A stretch of 63,803 nucleotides of DNA, filler included, from Sphacelaria rigidula (GCA_964200075.2; 6 parts of 6 records of this genome joined end to end with filler, not necessarily neighbours in it); one strand, 5' to 3'; positions 37,911 to 50,140 are shown, numbered from the whole stretch's first letter. The notes: generated by a model not told the origin, from the letters alone. A program made the numbers and translations.

Positions 37911-40900
37911 GTCGGAGAGAAATATGGTGCTGAACGAACTGGGCTCGGCGGTTGCTCTGTTACTTGTCATTGCAGACTTTTGTCATATTGACCTGCCTGC
38001 GGCCGTGCAGCTGAAGATCCAGCTCAACGCCCAAAAGTATCCTGCCGCTCTCGTCCGGTGGGTCAGGTCCCCCGCTACAAGTACTACAGTGTCACGGCAT
38101 ACGGTAGCATGCTGTAGAGGGTAGCTTAGGGTCTGGTACACTCGAGTTTCGTTCCATGAGGTCGCTGGAAGGTAAAGTGGAACCCTTACATGACACTTGT
38201 ACTTTTGCCATGAGCACGGCCCCTCAACCATCCCAGCATTTGGGGAGAGCTCTCAGCCGCGCTTAGTGCTATCTTACGTACAAGGAATCAAGTACTGAAA
38301 TATATTGCCATGGGTATACCGCGGAAAATTGCGGCATTGTAGCAGTGACAAAGCACATTATTTCCCGTCTCTCGCACCTCTCTCCGTCGAGTCAGGTGGC
38401 TGAGGAAATCCAATATAAGTCTACTGCGGTGTAGAGCTCTATTCGAGAGTTTTTGATAACACCCTGGCACTCATATCTGATGTTATAACACCCCTAAGCT
38501 CTTTATTTTTCGCCCTGTACCCGCCACGACCACCACGCACAGGGGTTCGGCACTCAAGTACGATGCATACAAGGAGCACACCGGCTATGCCAAGGGCTCC
38601 AACCAGGCAAGCCCCCCATATAGGCTGACGTTTTAATACATATCGAAATCAGCGCGTTTTGATGGAGCCAGTAAAGACATGTGAGCCATTTTTTTATCAT
38701 GTTCATGCACGCACCCTCAACCTCGAACCACGAGCTTGCGGACCAGGCGGCTGAGGCTTATTTATTAGCTGTCACCACGCAGAGTTGCTCCTTCATTTCA
38801 TGTCTGAAAATGCTAAACAAGGGATGCACTTGTTATTTACAGGGATGTGCACGCATTAAGAATAAATCCGCGGAGCGGATTATTACGGTGCGGTTTGTCA
38901 ATCCGCACCGCTCCATGGCATTTGTAGGGGGCGGATATCCGCTCAGTGACAATCCGTGATCTTTCCCACTGACGGATATCCGCTCCGCTCCGTACCATAA
39001 TCGAAAAATCCGCTCCGCAATAATCCGTGAATTTTCCGATGTACGGATATCCGCTCCGTATAGATTATAGCTGCGCGGTTGGAACCGTGAAACGCGATTT
39101 TCTACGGTGTGGTTTTATCCACTCCGTAGGTAATCCGTGCGTCCTCCGTCGCATAACTTACGGGTCGAACCGCTAGGAAGACACGGAATTCCACGGACGA
39201 AATTGTTCTGAATGCCGGATAACTTATAAATCGAATAAAAAAAAACATCGTTCTGTGTGAGCAATTCGCCGATACGGTTCTGAAATTGTGCTCCGTACTT
39301 CATCCGTGCGTTCTCCGTAGCATCACTCAGATCAAACCGCTGAAAAGCCATAAAATCCCACAGATGAATTGTTCCGATTGCCGGGTGAGTTGGAATTCGA
39401 AGTACAGAAATACTCGAGGGTCAGAACCTGGGGCTGGGCAGTCTCAGGACCCCCGAAAACCGGTTAGCCCGTAAGTCGTTCAATGATGAGCGCAGATGTG
39501 ATTTTATCTTGGAATGTGGAGGGGATGCCTAGTAGATCCCCAAACTTTGGCATCAAATGTCCACTAGGATAAGCGGTGGCACGCGAAAACACTTTCGAAT
39601 ATCCCCGACCACGAAAACACAACGAAAATCTCCCTTTTCAGTTGAAAGCTACTGTGCTGCTATTGACGCCATTCTTGAGGAATGTATTCCATGCTCTTTG
39701 TTGTGGTGGATGGCCGTAGTCCTGAGTCTAGCGCTGCTGCTGTTGCGCGTCTGCCACCCCGGCCCCCGTTACCCTGTCCTGTAGGGTGCCATTCAAAATT
39801 CAAGTATGTACTGTTCATTATTCTCAATTGATTTTTTATCATTTTCTCCAGGGATTCGACCTTACATGTGCGCTATTTAATCCGCCGTCCCCCCTGTCCA
39901 GCAGCTGGAAGTGAAAGCATAACAACTCCTCTCGTACTTTTTGGAATCATCCGCGGATATCCGTACATTTTTCGTGGATAACCGTATCGTTTTCACGGAT
40001 TACTGCGACGGTGCACCGCGGGGAATTGCCGCGGTTTATTCCACTGAGGGGGGCAAACCGCTCCGTGAAATAATTCATGCAAGGGATATCCGCTTCGCAA
40101 TAATCCGTGCAATTGTAGCGGGTGGATATCCGCTCCGTGAAAGTCCGTGAGTTTTCTCTCTGACAGATATCCGCTCCGCTCCGTACCATATTCGAAAAAT
40201 CCGTACCGCACCGTGACATTTTCTTTGGCGGATATCCGCTCCACAATAATCCGTGACATTTTCATTGGCGGATATCCGCTCCGTCACAATCCGTAATTTT
40301 CCACTCAGACGGATATTCGCTCCGTGAGGCTTCGAAAAACAAAACTCCGCACCGCGGGGCGGATTGTCCGCCGTACACATCCCTGGTCATTTATTGGTAG
40401 TGTTGCCAAAAAGTCGGACTTGTTTTCAATTCTCGTGGTTTTGTGTTCCTGAAGTCTCGGCGAGATTCTTGTGTGCTACAAATGGTACCCACACAACGGA
40501 TGCTTGATACTCTCCAGTGCATTTCATTTCCGTTAGTCTGTGCTTCAAGTGTGTAGCTCCGAGTCGGGAAAGTTGTCGCCATGTCTGTTACACCCCCCCC
40601 CCCCCACCCCCCCCCCCCCCCCCCCTGTCCCTTTCCCTCCCGCCTCTTCCATCACGCCCAGACAGATGCTGNNNNNNNNNNTTTTTCTTTTTTGTTTTCT
40701 TCGTGTTTGGTTGTCCCATCCGGTACGTTGTTCCCCTTCTCCTTTCCTCCCCCCCCCCCCCCCCCCCCCCCTCCCCGGGCTGATGTTTTCATTGAACAGG
40801 TGACGACAAATGGAGCAACAGGTGACAATCATTTGGCTAGCCACAACGGACGACCGTGGAGCGCGTACACGTTCGAGGAACTCAGGACCCAACTTGAGCA

Positions 40901-41468
40901 ATTCGCTCAAGACAGGTGTTACACGACACGCGTCTTTTCCCCATGCAGATCGATACATCTGTGCTTTTTAACGTGACTTCTTCTCGTGTAGATGGCGCCG
41001 CAAGCCATGTTGTAATGATTTTCTGCTTGACGGCGTGTTTGCAGCTTGAGCCATTTTACGCCTCCCGTTTCTTTTGTTTCTCACCGTTTTGAAATTGTGG
41101 AGATTTTTCCCTACAAAAGTAACACGAGAATCATTTTGCAAGTTGATGTGGTGCGGTCCGAAGAGTATGCATAATGTCACACATGAATGATGGATGGTCT
41201 GTCTTTATCACAGGCATTTGACGCTTCTGTAAACGTCCATAATGTATATAGCCCTCGCTCTTAGAGTGATCCATTTGGACCACTTGTGATGCACGTCGTG
41301 ACAAATCCATCAAGGGGCTGGGAGAAATTTCACACGCCAAGGAACTTATGTCTGGCGTTGAGCGGCGAGGCGGGTGAGCTATGCGAGCTTTTCCAGTTTA
41401 AAGACGAGGATGACTGCACAAATGGCCTGCAGAGTTGGACGAAAGATTCACGAGATCAAGTCGCACAG
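37911..41468 (+). CDS. DCTPP1: dCTP pyrophosphatase 1-like (MazG-like all-alpha NTP pyrophosphatase), tandem-domain, partial
   Basis: Exons 37911-38057 (NELGSAV..ADFCHIDLPAAVQLKIQLNAQKYPAALVR), 38543-38606 (GSALKY..), 40800-40915 (TFEELRTQLEQFAQDR) and 41315-41468 (GWEKFHTPRNLCLALSGEAGELCELFQF). Phases are consistent using a GC donor at 38607. The 5' and 3' exons were not resolved. Confidence 0.85.
38840..40385. mobile_element. non-autonomous hAT element, 1546 bp
   Basis: TIRs CAGGGATGTGCACG and CGTACACATCCCTG (Ac-like CAGGGATG); 8-bp TSD GTTATTTA (38832-38839) and GTCATTTA (40386-40393); about 10 subterminal GGATATCCGC motifs clustered at both ends. Confidence 0.88.
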
Positions 41469-42503
41469 GTATGCTTGGTGCTTGTATGATACTGACTGGG
41501 AGTAGACTACAACTTCATCTATTGTAGTTCGGGTTGCGTGTATCAAGTGCATGAAGTTGCCGTGGAACGGATCCGTGTGAGAGCCAGCCGCGTGTTGATA
41601 TTTCAGTAAGACTCAATCTAGTTGTATATCAGAAAGCTGGGAACGTACCCATCCACACTTCACATGGGCACATGTACCCGGAAACCGGTAATCCCGTTTG
41701 TTTCGACTGACATCTGTGCTCTATGTTCTTATACAACAATTCTCGTAAGCGGCGACTTATTCTCGGTATGATACACCAGTCATAAGTAGGAGCTTGCACG
41801 GTAGTTAATGTCGTGCAACAAAAGTATAGCACCTAGTGGCGCTGTTGTCCGAATGAGATGGCTTGTGTGCCTGTTATATTTGTTCACCGGGATTCGTGGG
41901 ACTCTCCCCATGCCTCACGTTCTATTTTTCGTATCTCAAGCACTGCGCTATCAGCTGATACCGGTGTACGAATGGACGCTGTACGTGTGGCGGCTTGAAC
42001 ATAGATTGCTCTGCTTCGCATCGCACCTCCAATTTTCCTATCCTTTCTTACATTGGAATGGAATGGAAAAAGGATAGAACAGACAGACCCCCTCACGGTA
42101 ATTTTCCTTTTCGATCATATGGAAGCTTTAATCACGGTGAGGTGTACGCTCTACTAGTTGAAGTTATGTTCCGCAGTTTCAATTATCTCGAGCTCAGACA
42201 GGAGGTCATCGCGGGAATAGGGTTGGGCACCGTTAGCTTCAACAGCTCGCTTCACGGGCGATGCGGCGCATGGGAGAAAACTGCATGACGCATGACATTC
42301 GTCACAGCACACGTTACATGCGTTTTTTGCTAAATAGATTCATGTATCAACGAGACCAGGGCGAGTTGGTGCAGTTTTCTCTAGACACGGGTCCCACTCT
42401 GTGCGCATCGGTCTTGAAACACACATGCTCGTCTATGGGTTCGACACTGCGTACCAACCGCGACGTTACGCCTTCGGTGGTACTACCTGCTCACTGCACA
42501 GCG

Positions 42504-42603
42504 NNNNNNNNNNNNNNNNNNNNNNNNNNNNNNNNNNNNNNNNNNNNTTAATTAATTAANNNNNNNNNNNNNNNNNNNNNNNNNNNNNNNNNNNNNNNNN
42601 NNN
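42504..42603. other. artificial scaffold linker
   Basis: N44-TTAATTAATTAA-N44. Confidence 0.99.
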
Positions 42604-42667
42604 TACTCATTTGCTGCTTGCCTTAGTCGTCTGACCATTGACCACGCATCCCTTTCGAGACGGAGCA
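42604..42667 (-). mobile_element. short family 1 poly(C)-LINE end
   Basis: Reverse complement starts TGCTCCGTCTCGAAAGGGATGCG and runs to AAATGAGTA at the scaffold edge. Confidence 0.8.
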
Positions 42668-43879
42668 CTGGTCCCGAGGAAAGGGGAGGGGTCCAACTTA
42701 CGACGAAACAAAATGCATGAAGGACAACTTTGTTTTTCAGTAGGGTGTTGATCGCTGTTTTTTCGTTGCGTGCAGAAAACAGCGACCGAATTCCTTCATT
42801 TATATGTAATTATGTGTGTACTTATGTATGATTCTTCTGGATATTTCGATATGCACCGATAGGGGAGACCACCGCGAACTAAAGTCAAATGAACAGCATT
42901 CCATACAAATATATCATCCTTGTTTTTAAACTGCACTGTGCTCCACCTCTATGCCGGTGGACTGCCGAAGAAAATCGAGCAAAATGCGAGCTTTCTTGTG
43001 GATCATTCTCTGTACGTATAAATGTACTACAAACGGCGCCCTCGGCAAGAGTGCAAGGGCGTCATGATCATGGTATTTTTCTCGGACCCGCAGTCAAAAG
43101 GTTGGGCATAAATTGACACGCTGCTCAACACAGTGAAAGAATGCTCTATATCACTATAGGCAACATGTCTACGAATGTCCGACCCTACACAATCCTACTC
43201 CTAGGAATGAGAGTCGTGATTGTCGCCGGCGATGGTTTGTGCATCGTGCTGTGATGCGAGTTATCTCTGGCAAACATAAATATCGTACGGTGCTACTTTT
43301 GGGTCAACTCTCTCTACATCCATTTTGTCGTGGTGGTGTACCCCTCCCTCAATACACCATGTTTTTTTTCTTATGTTCGCATGCAGTGAGCCGCCAACCC
43401 CTCTGTTGCAGCTGCGCAGAAATTCTCCAACTGCTGCCCCCCCCCTCCCCCGCCATTTCTGGTCCGGCGAGAACCCGGCGTCGTCCGTCCCGGCTTTGTA
43501 GGGTCGGACCCCCGATGGGGTCGGCGTCGGTTGGCGATGACGCTACAAAACAAGTCACTCTTTGCGTAAGCTAGGCAACCAGGTCACCGATTGTTTTTGC
43601 GCGCTTGTGTCTTTTTGCGGTAACCATGATGGTAGTCGAGCTAGACCATGTTGTGTGGCGTGGAAGAACCTCAACTCCTCACAATGAAGATGATCGCACT
43701 GCGTCGTGTTTACATGGTGAGACACCCACGAGGCAGTGTATAAGCCGTGGCTGTCTCTGGAAGTGGTGATACCAGAAAATAAAGCAGCTCATTGTAGGCT
43801 GTCATCCAAATGCAAGATAATCAGCACGGTTCGAGTCGAACACTCTTAGTAGGTTGCAGCTCACCCCTCACTCGACTCG

Positions 43880-44035
43880 CCGAACACACCACGGCGTTTC
43901 GCGCTTGGGGATTGATCGCGAGCCTTGTCCAGCAAAACCCGGCGTGCTCCATCCCGACTTTGTAGGAATGCGAGGTCAGCGTTGATCTTATTGCTACGGC
44001 ATGCAATTTCATGGTCTCCCCTCCCCTCCCCCTCT
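43880..44035 (+). mobile_element. diverged family 2 poly(C)-LINE end
   Basis: CACGGCGTTTCGCGCTTGG..AAAACCCGGCGTGCTCC..CTTTGTAGGAATGCGAGGTCA followed by a C-rich tail; matches the reverse complement of 10420-10551. Confidence 0.7.
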
Positions 44036-44182
44036 CCGTAGTTTTTGCATCCCCATCTGATACCCTATCGTGCGATCTGTCACTCGCCAGTCTAATTCTA
44101 CCTTGCATCCCGTGCGGTTATCCTGTCTTTGACGTGGTGTTGCACTACCTATTGGATCCGTGTCTGCTTGTCTTGAATCCAG

Positions 44183-45350
44183 ACAACGGGAATGTTTTGG
44201 CGGAAGTGGTGGACACCGCCGCCGGGAATGCTCGAACTGACCCGCTTGGAACGAGAGAAGAGGGGAGGTTCGGTGATTTGTTCGTGAAGGCTTCGGTCGA
44301 GCTGCCATCGGGTGAGAAGAGTTCATGCAGAGATACATTGCGAACAGTAGACCGGGACAGGATGAACAAAACAGCTTGTGATATGTTGCGCTGGATGACG
44401 TGTGAACAAATGAGAGCCCTATTTGCCTCACCGGGGGTACTGCTTCCTCTGTCCCATGAGTAAAGTTACCTAAACTTGTACGGGCCCTTAACGATGTCTG
44501 ATCGTTTTTTTTTAAATAACTCTACGGTGTTTTTTGGGTTAAGGGAATGTGCTTATAATTTGCAGCTCGTGCTTGAATCATGCTGCCGAAGGGCTGCAGA
44601 AAAGTAGTCGGCCCCAAAATGGCCGTTTTTTGCCCCTTTCCAAGGGGGAAAAAAGTGTCGATGTAAAAAACAAAAACATAATCGCGTGACGCTTCCTGGC
44701 AGGAAGCCCCAGTGAAGGCGGAGGCAATTAAAACATATTTAAAAAAGAAATCGACACTTTTTTTCCCCTCGGAAAGGGGCAAAAAACGGCCATTTTTGGG
44801 CCGACCACTTTTTTTGCAGCCTTTCGGCGGCATGGTTCAAGCACGAGCTGCAAAATGTGAACACATTTTCTTAACTCAAAAACACCGTAGGGTTCATTTG
44901 GAAAAAAAAACACGATCGGACATCGTTAAGGGCCCGTACAAATCTAGGTACCTTTACTTATAGGATAGAGGAAGTATATGTAGTTGGCGTGTGTGTCACA
45001 CGAAAGACGTATTATTCGGGGATGCTATTCCACAGTCGAAGAGGTGGTGGAGTTAGTCGTGCGGGGGTACGATTTCAAAGGTATCGGTAATGTATGACAA
45101 GTGCCAGGAGCTCATTACATAGGTGTACTATTTAGGGGTGGTATACAACGTATGGCTGCCCGTAGGATCGTGCTACATGCTTCGTTCGCAGTTCGTTCGG
45201 CGGGTGTTTCGCCCACGTAGTTGTTTGGATTGACTGATCCACAATTGGTAGTTTGTCGTGCGTGGATACTGATCAGCTACGGATGCCGACGTGAGGGCAA
45301 GAAACAGACGTACCCGAGATATATGCATGACAATTGCCAAAGAACGTTTG
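44183..45350 (+). CDS. three phase-compatible exons of an unknown protein (gene or pseudogene)
   Basis: Exons 44183-44311, 45036-45080 and 45277-45350 with GT-AG borders give NGNVLAEVVD...VKASVELPSVEEVVELVVRGYDFKATDADVRARNRRTRDICMTIAKERL. No family recognised. Confidence 0.4.
44443..44974. mobile_element. 532-bp foldback MITE with Stowaway/mariner-like termini
   Basis: About 220-bp imperfect inverted arms starting CTTCCTCTGTCCCAT and ending ATAGGATAGAGGAAG; flanks are TG (left) and TA (right). A related end, TA|GTTCCTCCGTCCCAT, lies at 46453. Confidence 0.8.
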
Positions 45351-45707
45351 GTGAGAAGGGGAGGAACGACGAGAATGATGCATTTATCGTCATCTTTTAT
45401 CTTTTCACCTAGCCACTGCTTTAGATCGAATTCCCTGTCTGTTGTCCTTTCGTCGATCATGGGGGTTTGGATAGAACGAAGTCAGATGTTAAAACAGGGT
45501 ATGCCCTGTCTGACAATACTCGACTGGAAACCTCTGCCGTAGTATCTACGCTGAACTTTGCGCGACCGACGCGATCCGATCTCTGAAACTTACGGTATCT
45601 TGTTTGTTTGGTTAGGATCATCCCCTCAGCGATGGGTAATGTCCTATTTCTGCAGATCTGGGAAAACTTCCTCGTCGTGGACAGTTGTGATTCCCAAATC
45701 TGGTCTA

Positions 45708-45709
45708 TG

Positions 45710-45744
<35 letters not shown>

Positions 45745-46445
45745 CGCACTTTAACTGACCCCCCAGGGGTCCAGCCGTGGTCTCATGAGAGACGTACGTA
45801 CCCAAGAAAAACGAAACTGAAACACGCCCTGAAGAAAAGAGGGAACAGGGAAAAAAAATGAAAAGGCGAACAGCACGACATAGCAGACTAACTCGTATCC
45901 CGAACAAACAAGTGATAGTCCTCGCTCGTGGAAACATTATTTGCGTAGTTTGGCAGCTACATGCGGTGGCAAGGTCAACATCCAGGGTTCAGTCCGATCC
46001 CGGTCGCATCTCTACGCGAGGCGGCAGTCCCCACGGCCTCCATGGATCCGTACTTGCCCTGTTCCGAAACACCTTTCTCGTGAAGGATGTGCAGATTCGT
46101 TCCGTGTGCACAAAGTATGGCACACGGGCATCGTACCGGACTACCACGAGACCCGAAAGGCTAGTTTGGAGTACAAACCTCTCGATCGTCTCGACAACAG
46201 TCGGCGCAGATCGCGCCGTTCACCGACAAGAATCGACGACGGCTTTGTGTCCGTGTGATTGGCGTCATGGCTTGGTTTTGGTTTACTTGGTGATATTTGA
46301 AAATGAGTTGATCCACGCTGTTGCTGAATTTTGGGCAACGTCGTGGATTTTCGCAGGCATGCTCTGCACGATCTGTCAAACTACAAACGTCTTCGAGTCG
46401 TGGACGCGACATGCTATTTTGTCAAACACACCTCGGCATGCATCC
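45708..46445 (-). mobile_element. 5'-truncated (AATC)n-tailed LINE with decayed RTE-like ORF end
   Basis: (GATT)8 tail at about 45710-45742 with the conserved terminus. Minus frames contain STTRRRL*F...TLPK and ICADCCRDDREV, resembling the RTE C-terminal RRRLxF..RLPK..W.DC..DD pattern. Confidence 0.6.
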
Positions 46446-46452
46446 TCGTATA

Positions 46453-46690
46453 GTTCCTCCGTCCCATAGATGAGTAAAGGTAATTAAATTTGGACGGACC
46501 CTTAACCGTGTCAGACTCTTTTCCCAGTTTTGAAATGCATTATTTGGCGTGTTTTTGAGTTTAAACCGCCTTCCTTTTCATTTTTCGCAGATGTTGCTCA
46601 CCCCACGCCACCGAACGACCAAACGAATAATCTGCCCAAAAAATGGCCTCATTTCGCCCCTTTCCCGGGGGCAGAAAATGAAAACGCGGG
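46453..46690 (+). mobile_element. single arm of a Stowaway-like element
   Basis: TA then GTTCCTCCGTCCCATAGATGAGTAAAGG; collinear with 44443-44660. Confidence 0.6.
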
Positions 46691-46961
46691 GGAAGTGACA
46701 AAGATACGCACTCATGTTTCGTGTTAGCTTACTTCTTGTGCAGAGTCTTGCTAAGCCTCGCTCGAAAGCACTTTGTGTTTGTCGCATTTTTAGTCGTGCC
46801 CAACATATGAATGGCAACCTTCCGTCGAGTTTGGCAAACTCGGATTTGAAGTGGCCAGAATTTCACGTCGGAGTGCTTTTTCAACAGCTCCCTCTACGTG
46901 TTATCCTTCCAGATACCAGTTTTGGTTTTGTACACACAAGCCGTTGGCGTGAACGCTCTTT

Positions 46962-47384
46962 AACAGCGGATTCTCGAAAATGGGGTTGGTGAATAAATGA
47001 AGTTCGACTCAAGAGCCGTGCTTTCTCATACCTGAGTTCATGACAAATGACTTTCATATGGATGACCCCATCCCTCCTGACCTTCCTCGAATTATTTTGG
47101 GGCATTTTTAGCCCTCCGCTCCCCCAAAGGGTATGTGAGAAAGCACGATTTGTGAGCCAAAAAACGTCCTTTTTTCACCCGGAAATCGAGGCAAAAGTGT
47201 GCCTTCTCATATACGCTTTGGGAGAACGGAAGTCTAGGAATCCCTCGAAATAGTTTTAGGAAGGTCGGGAGGGGTGAGGTCGTCCGCATGAAAGTCATTT
47301 GTCATGAATTTAGGTCAGGGAAAGCACGGCTTTTTGAGTTGAACCTCGTTTTTTGTTCAGCCCTATTTTCGAGAATCCACCGTT
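46962..47384. mobile_element. 423-bp foldback MITE, AAC...GTT termini, 4-bp TSD CTTT
   Basis: About 190-bp imperfect inverted arms (AACAGCGGATTCTCGAAAA and TTTTCGAGAATCCACCGTT); CTTT at 46958-46961 and 47385-47388. Confidence 0.85.
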
Positions 47385-47479
47385 CTTTGTAAACCCAAAA
47401 GCCGTATCCCACGGAACAAAGGAAGTATCATATATACTACCACCAAGAGAAACTGGTATCCTTTTCCTCATTTGTTGCC

Positions 47480-47665
47480 TTCCGTAGACATTATTTGTTT
47501 CCTTAGTCTTCTCTGTTGTTCTGTCACACCTTTTCTGGTTCTTCTCTTTCCTTCAACGAGTGGTTCGGTTTCGTTTTGTCTCGAGTGCGTTCATCATGTG
47601 ACCACGGTTGGATCAGTGAAGGTGCGACAATCAATCAACCAGACCAAATCAAATCAAATCAAATC
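47480..47665 (+). mobile_element. 3' end of (AATC)n-tailed retroelement
   Basis: Pyrimidine-rich tract, then CATGTGACCACGGTTGGATCAGTGAAGGTGCGAC and an AATC/AAATC tail. Confidence 0.7.
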
Positions 47666-49214
47666 AGAGAATCGCCGGGTTTCTATTTCTCCACGGGTTG
47701 TTCTCAGCAAGGAAGATAAGGCATGTTGCTTCCACGAGCAAGTGGCCCGACGCTGGTTGGGGGCGAATTGGCCGAACGGTCCGCCGTTCAGGTCAAAGCT
47801 GCAGAATACTGCCGGGACGTGGTACCTGACCTGACCGAACAGAATGAAGAATCTAATATTTACGGCACTTTGTTTGTCGCTGACCCCTGAGCATTTTGAG
47901 TTTCTTCGCGAGACATGATGGAAAATTCGTGCTTTGGCTCCTTGTCCTTGTGTCTACTAAATAGCACGTGCTCCACAAAGCCAATCGACAACGGCCCCCT
48001 CCCTCACCACACTAACCGCCACGCCCCGCTCCCTTTTATCGCGTATGGCTTTCGCGGGCACCACCTATGTGTAACCGATCAGGACTTCTGGATGATCGGT
48101 CGATGTTTTTCCGATCAGTGCTCGGGCGACCTTCTCATCAAGGAACCAACGAGGGCACTGCCTAGGGTTCTCGTGTGATACTGCGGGGTGCTGCGATAGA
48201 CTGAAAACTACTTTTTTCTTCATCTAGCACGGGAAGAATATCCTGTGAAATGATCGGCCATTCTATGCTTTTAGGCCAGCTTTGATGTCTCACGCAAGTA
48301 TAGCAGTTAGTCCGAAATGGGGCGGGATTATCAACGTGACTGTTCTGGGTGCGTTATCGTTTTCTGTTGCAGTACATTTCTTGTATTGGCAGTGTGGTAC
48401 TACGATTGGGGTAGGGGTATCTCAGTCGAACCCCCCCCCCCCCCCCTGCTCCGCGATATTGCCCATAATAACAGAGCGGGTTTCGCATAAGCAGCGGGTG
48501 ATTTTGGCTAGCTTTGTTACCATGCCAAGGTGCATTGCTGCTCTGCATACTGCTGCTGGTGTGATCGCTCGTAGAAAAAAAATAAACCGCTTCTGCGGCT
48601 CCACCTGCGTAAAGAATGTGGCAGTCCTTTCACGATTCAGTAATTCAAAAACATCAGACCAGATACATCCATGCAGGTGCAATTTCAGATAACGCAGTCT
48701 ATATCTTGTGTTTGAACCTCGGCACTTTAGTAAGTTGTATTCCAACGCGTGACGGTTCAACAAAATATCGAATATTGGAACCATCCACTAAGTGCTTCTA
48801 CGGTAGGGGTGCACATCTTCCCCTGAGGCTTCGCACCTTCGTAGCCTCTCGATGACAAACATCTGGGCCTTAGTATGTAGCCTCAGGAAACGCTTGAACC
48901 AAAAAGTGCACGCCTACCGTAGAACTACTCCACTGTGAATCTTTGGATATTTGACCTTCGTTTTCAGGGATCGAACTACTCGACAGTGTGGGGCTGGTCA
49001 CAGTGTGAATACGAAGACTTGAATTCCCCCGGTTCTTATCCTCGATAAAAAGCTCCGTCCTCAATTTCGATGATTAGAGAGCGGATACGTGCTCTTTCAC
49101 AGTGTTTGCGTAATTGGTATTACAGTTCCTGAGCGCTTGTACCGTAATCAGAACGTCCTGAGCTTCACAGTTGTTACGTTCAGACGAAATCGGGATCCTG
49201 ACGCTGTCTGGTCA

Positions 49215-50140
49215 AAATGAATGGGGAAAATGAACAGGGAGGAAGAAACAAACAGAAACAAAACAGGAGAAATACGAGTGAAAAGGGTGGAAAAAAGAAA
49301 AAGAACGCAAGAGAAGAAGAGGACACAATAAGAAACGAGAGGGAAGCAAGGGAGAGAAAATGATAATAACACCACCCGAAGAAGCGCAACGCAACGCAAC
49401 GTAACGCAAACAAGGCAAGAAAGAAGCGAAATGAAGCAATGAAAGGGAATTGAACATAAGGAAACGAAAGGGAAACGCCGTAAGGCAAAGCAACGAAAAG
49501 CAACACAAACCAACGCAAAGCAAAAACAACCAAGGTAAAGGACCGGAAAGCACAGGGGAGCAAACGAAAGTAAAAGCAAAGCAAAGCAGAGCGAAAATAA
49601 ATCAAGGCAAGCGGCGGGAAAGGGAACAACACAGCGGGAAGCAAAGAACGGCAGAAGGAAGTAGGTAAAGCAAACAAAGCAAAACGAAGCAAGGCAAGGC
49701 AAGGCAAGACGAGGCAAAGTTAAGCTAAGCTGAGCTAAGTTCAGAAGAACGAGGGGGAGGAAAGGAAAGGAAATGGAAGGGAAGGGAAGGGAAGGGAAGG
49801 AAAGGAAACAAAACGAAACGAAACGAAACGAAACGATAAGGAAACGAAACGATAAGGAAACGGAAACGGAAAAAGAAATGGAAACGAAGGAAAAGGAAAT
49901 GAAAGAAAAGGAGAGGAAAGGGAGAAATATGCAGAGTAACGCAATGGAATACAGAGCAAAGCAAAGCAAAGTGGAGCAAGGCAAGGCGAAGAAACGCAAT
50001 GCAATGCGAAGCAAACCAAAGGGAAAATGCGAAGAAAAGGAACGGGAAGGGAAGGGAGGGAATCAACAGCAGAGCAGGGCGAACCGACCGAAGCAAAGCT
50101 AGATAAAGGGAAGGAAGGCAGGGGAAGGAAATAAAATAGC
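49215..50140. repeat. purine-rich mosaic of pentamer microsatellites (AAACG, AAGGG, AAGGC, AAAGC, AACGC)
   Basis: Direct read; the + strand is very T-poor. The long ORFs here are low-complexity artefacts. Confidence 0.9.

Noticed and set aside
38900-40330. Regularly recurring GGATATCCGCTCCG motifs resembling a CRISPR-like array
   Set aside because: Spacing is irregular, intervening sequences resemble each other, no cas genes are present, and the motifs lie inside a hAT element as subterminal repeats.
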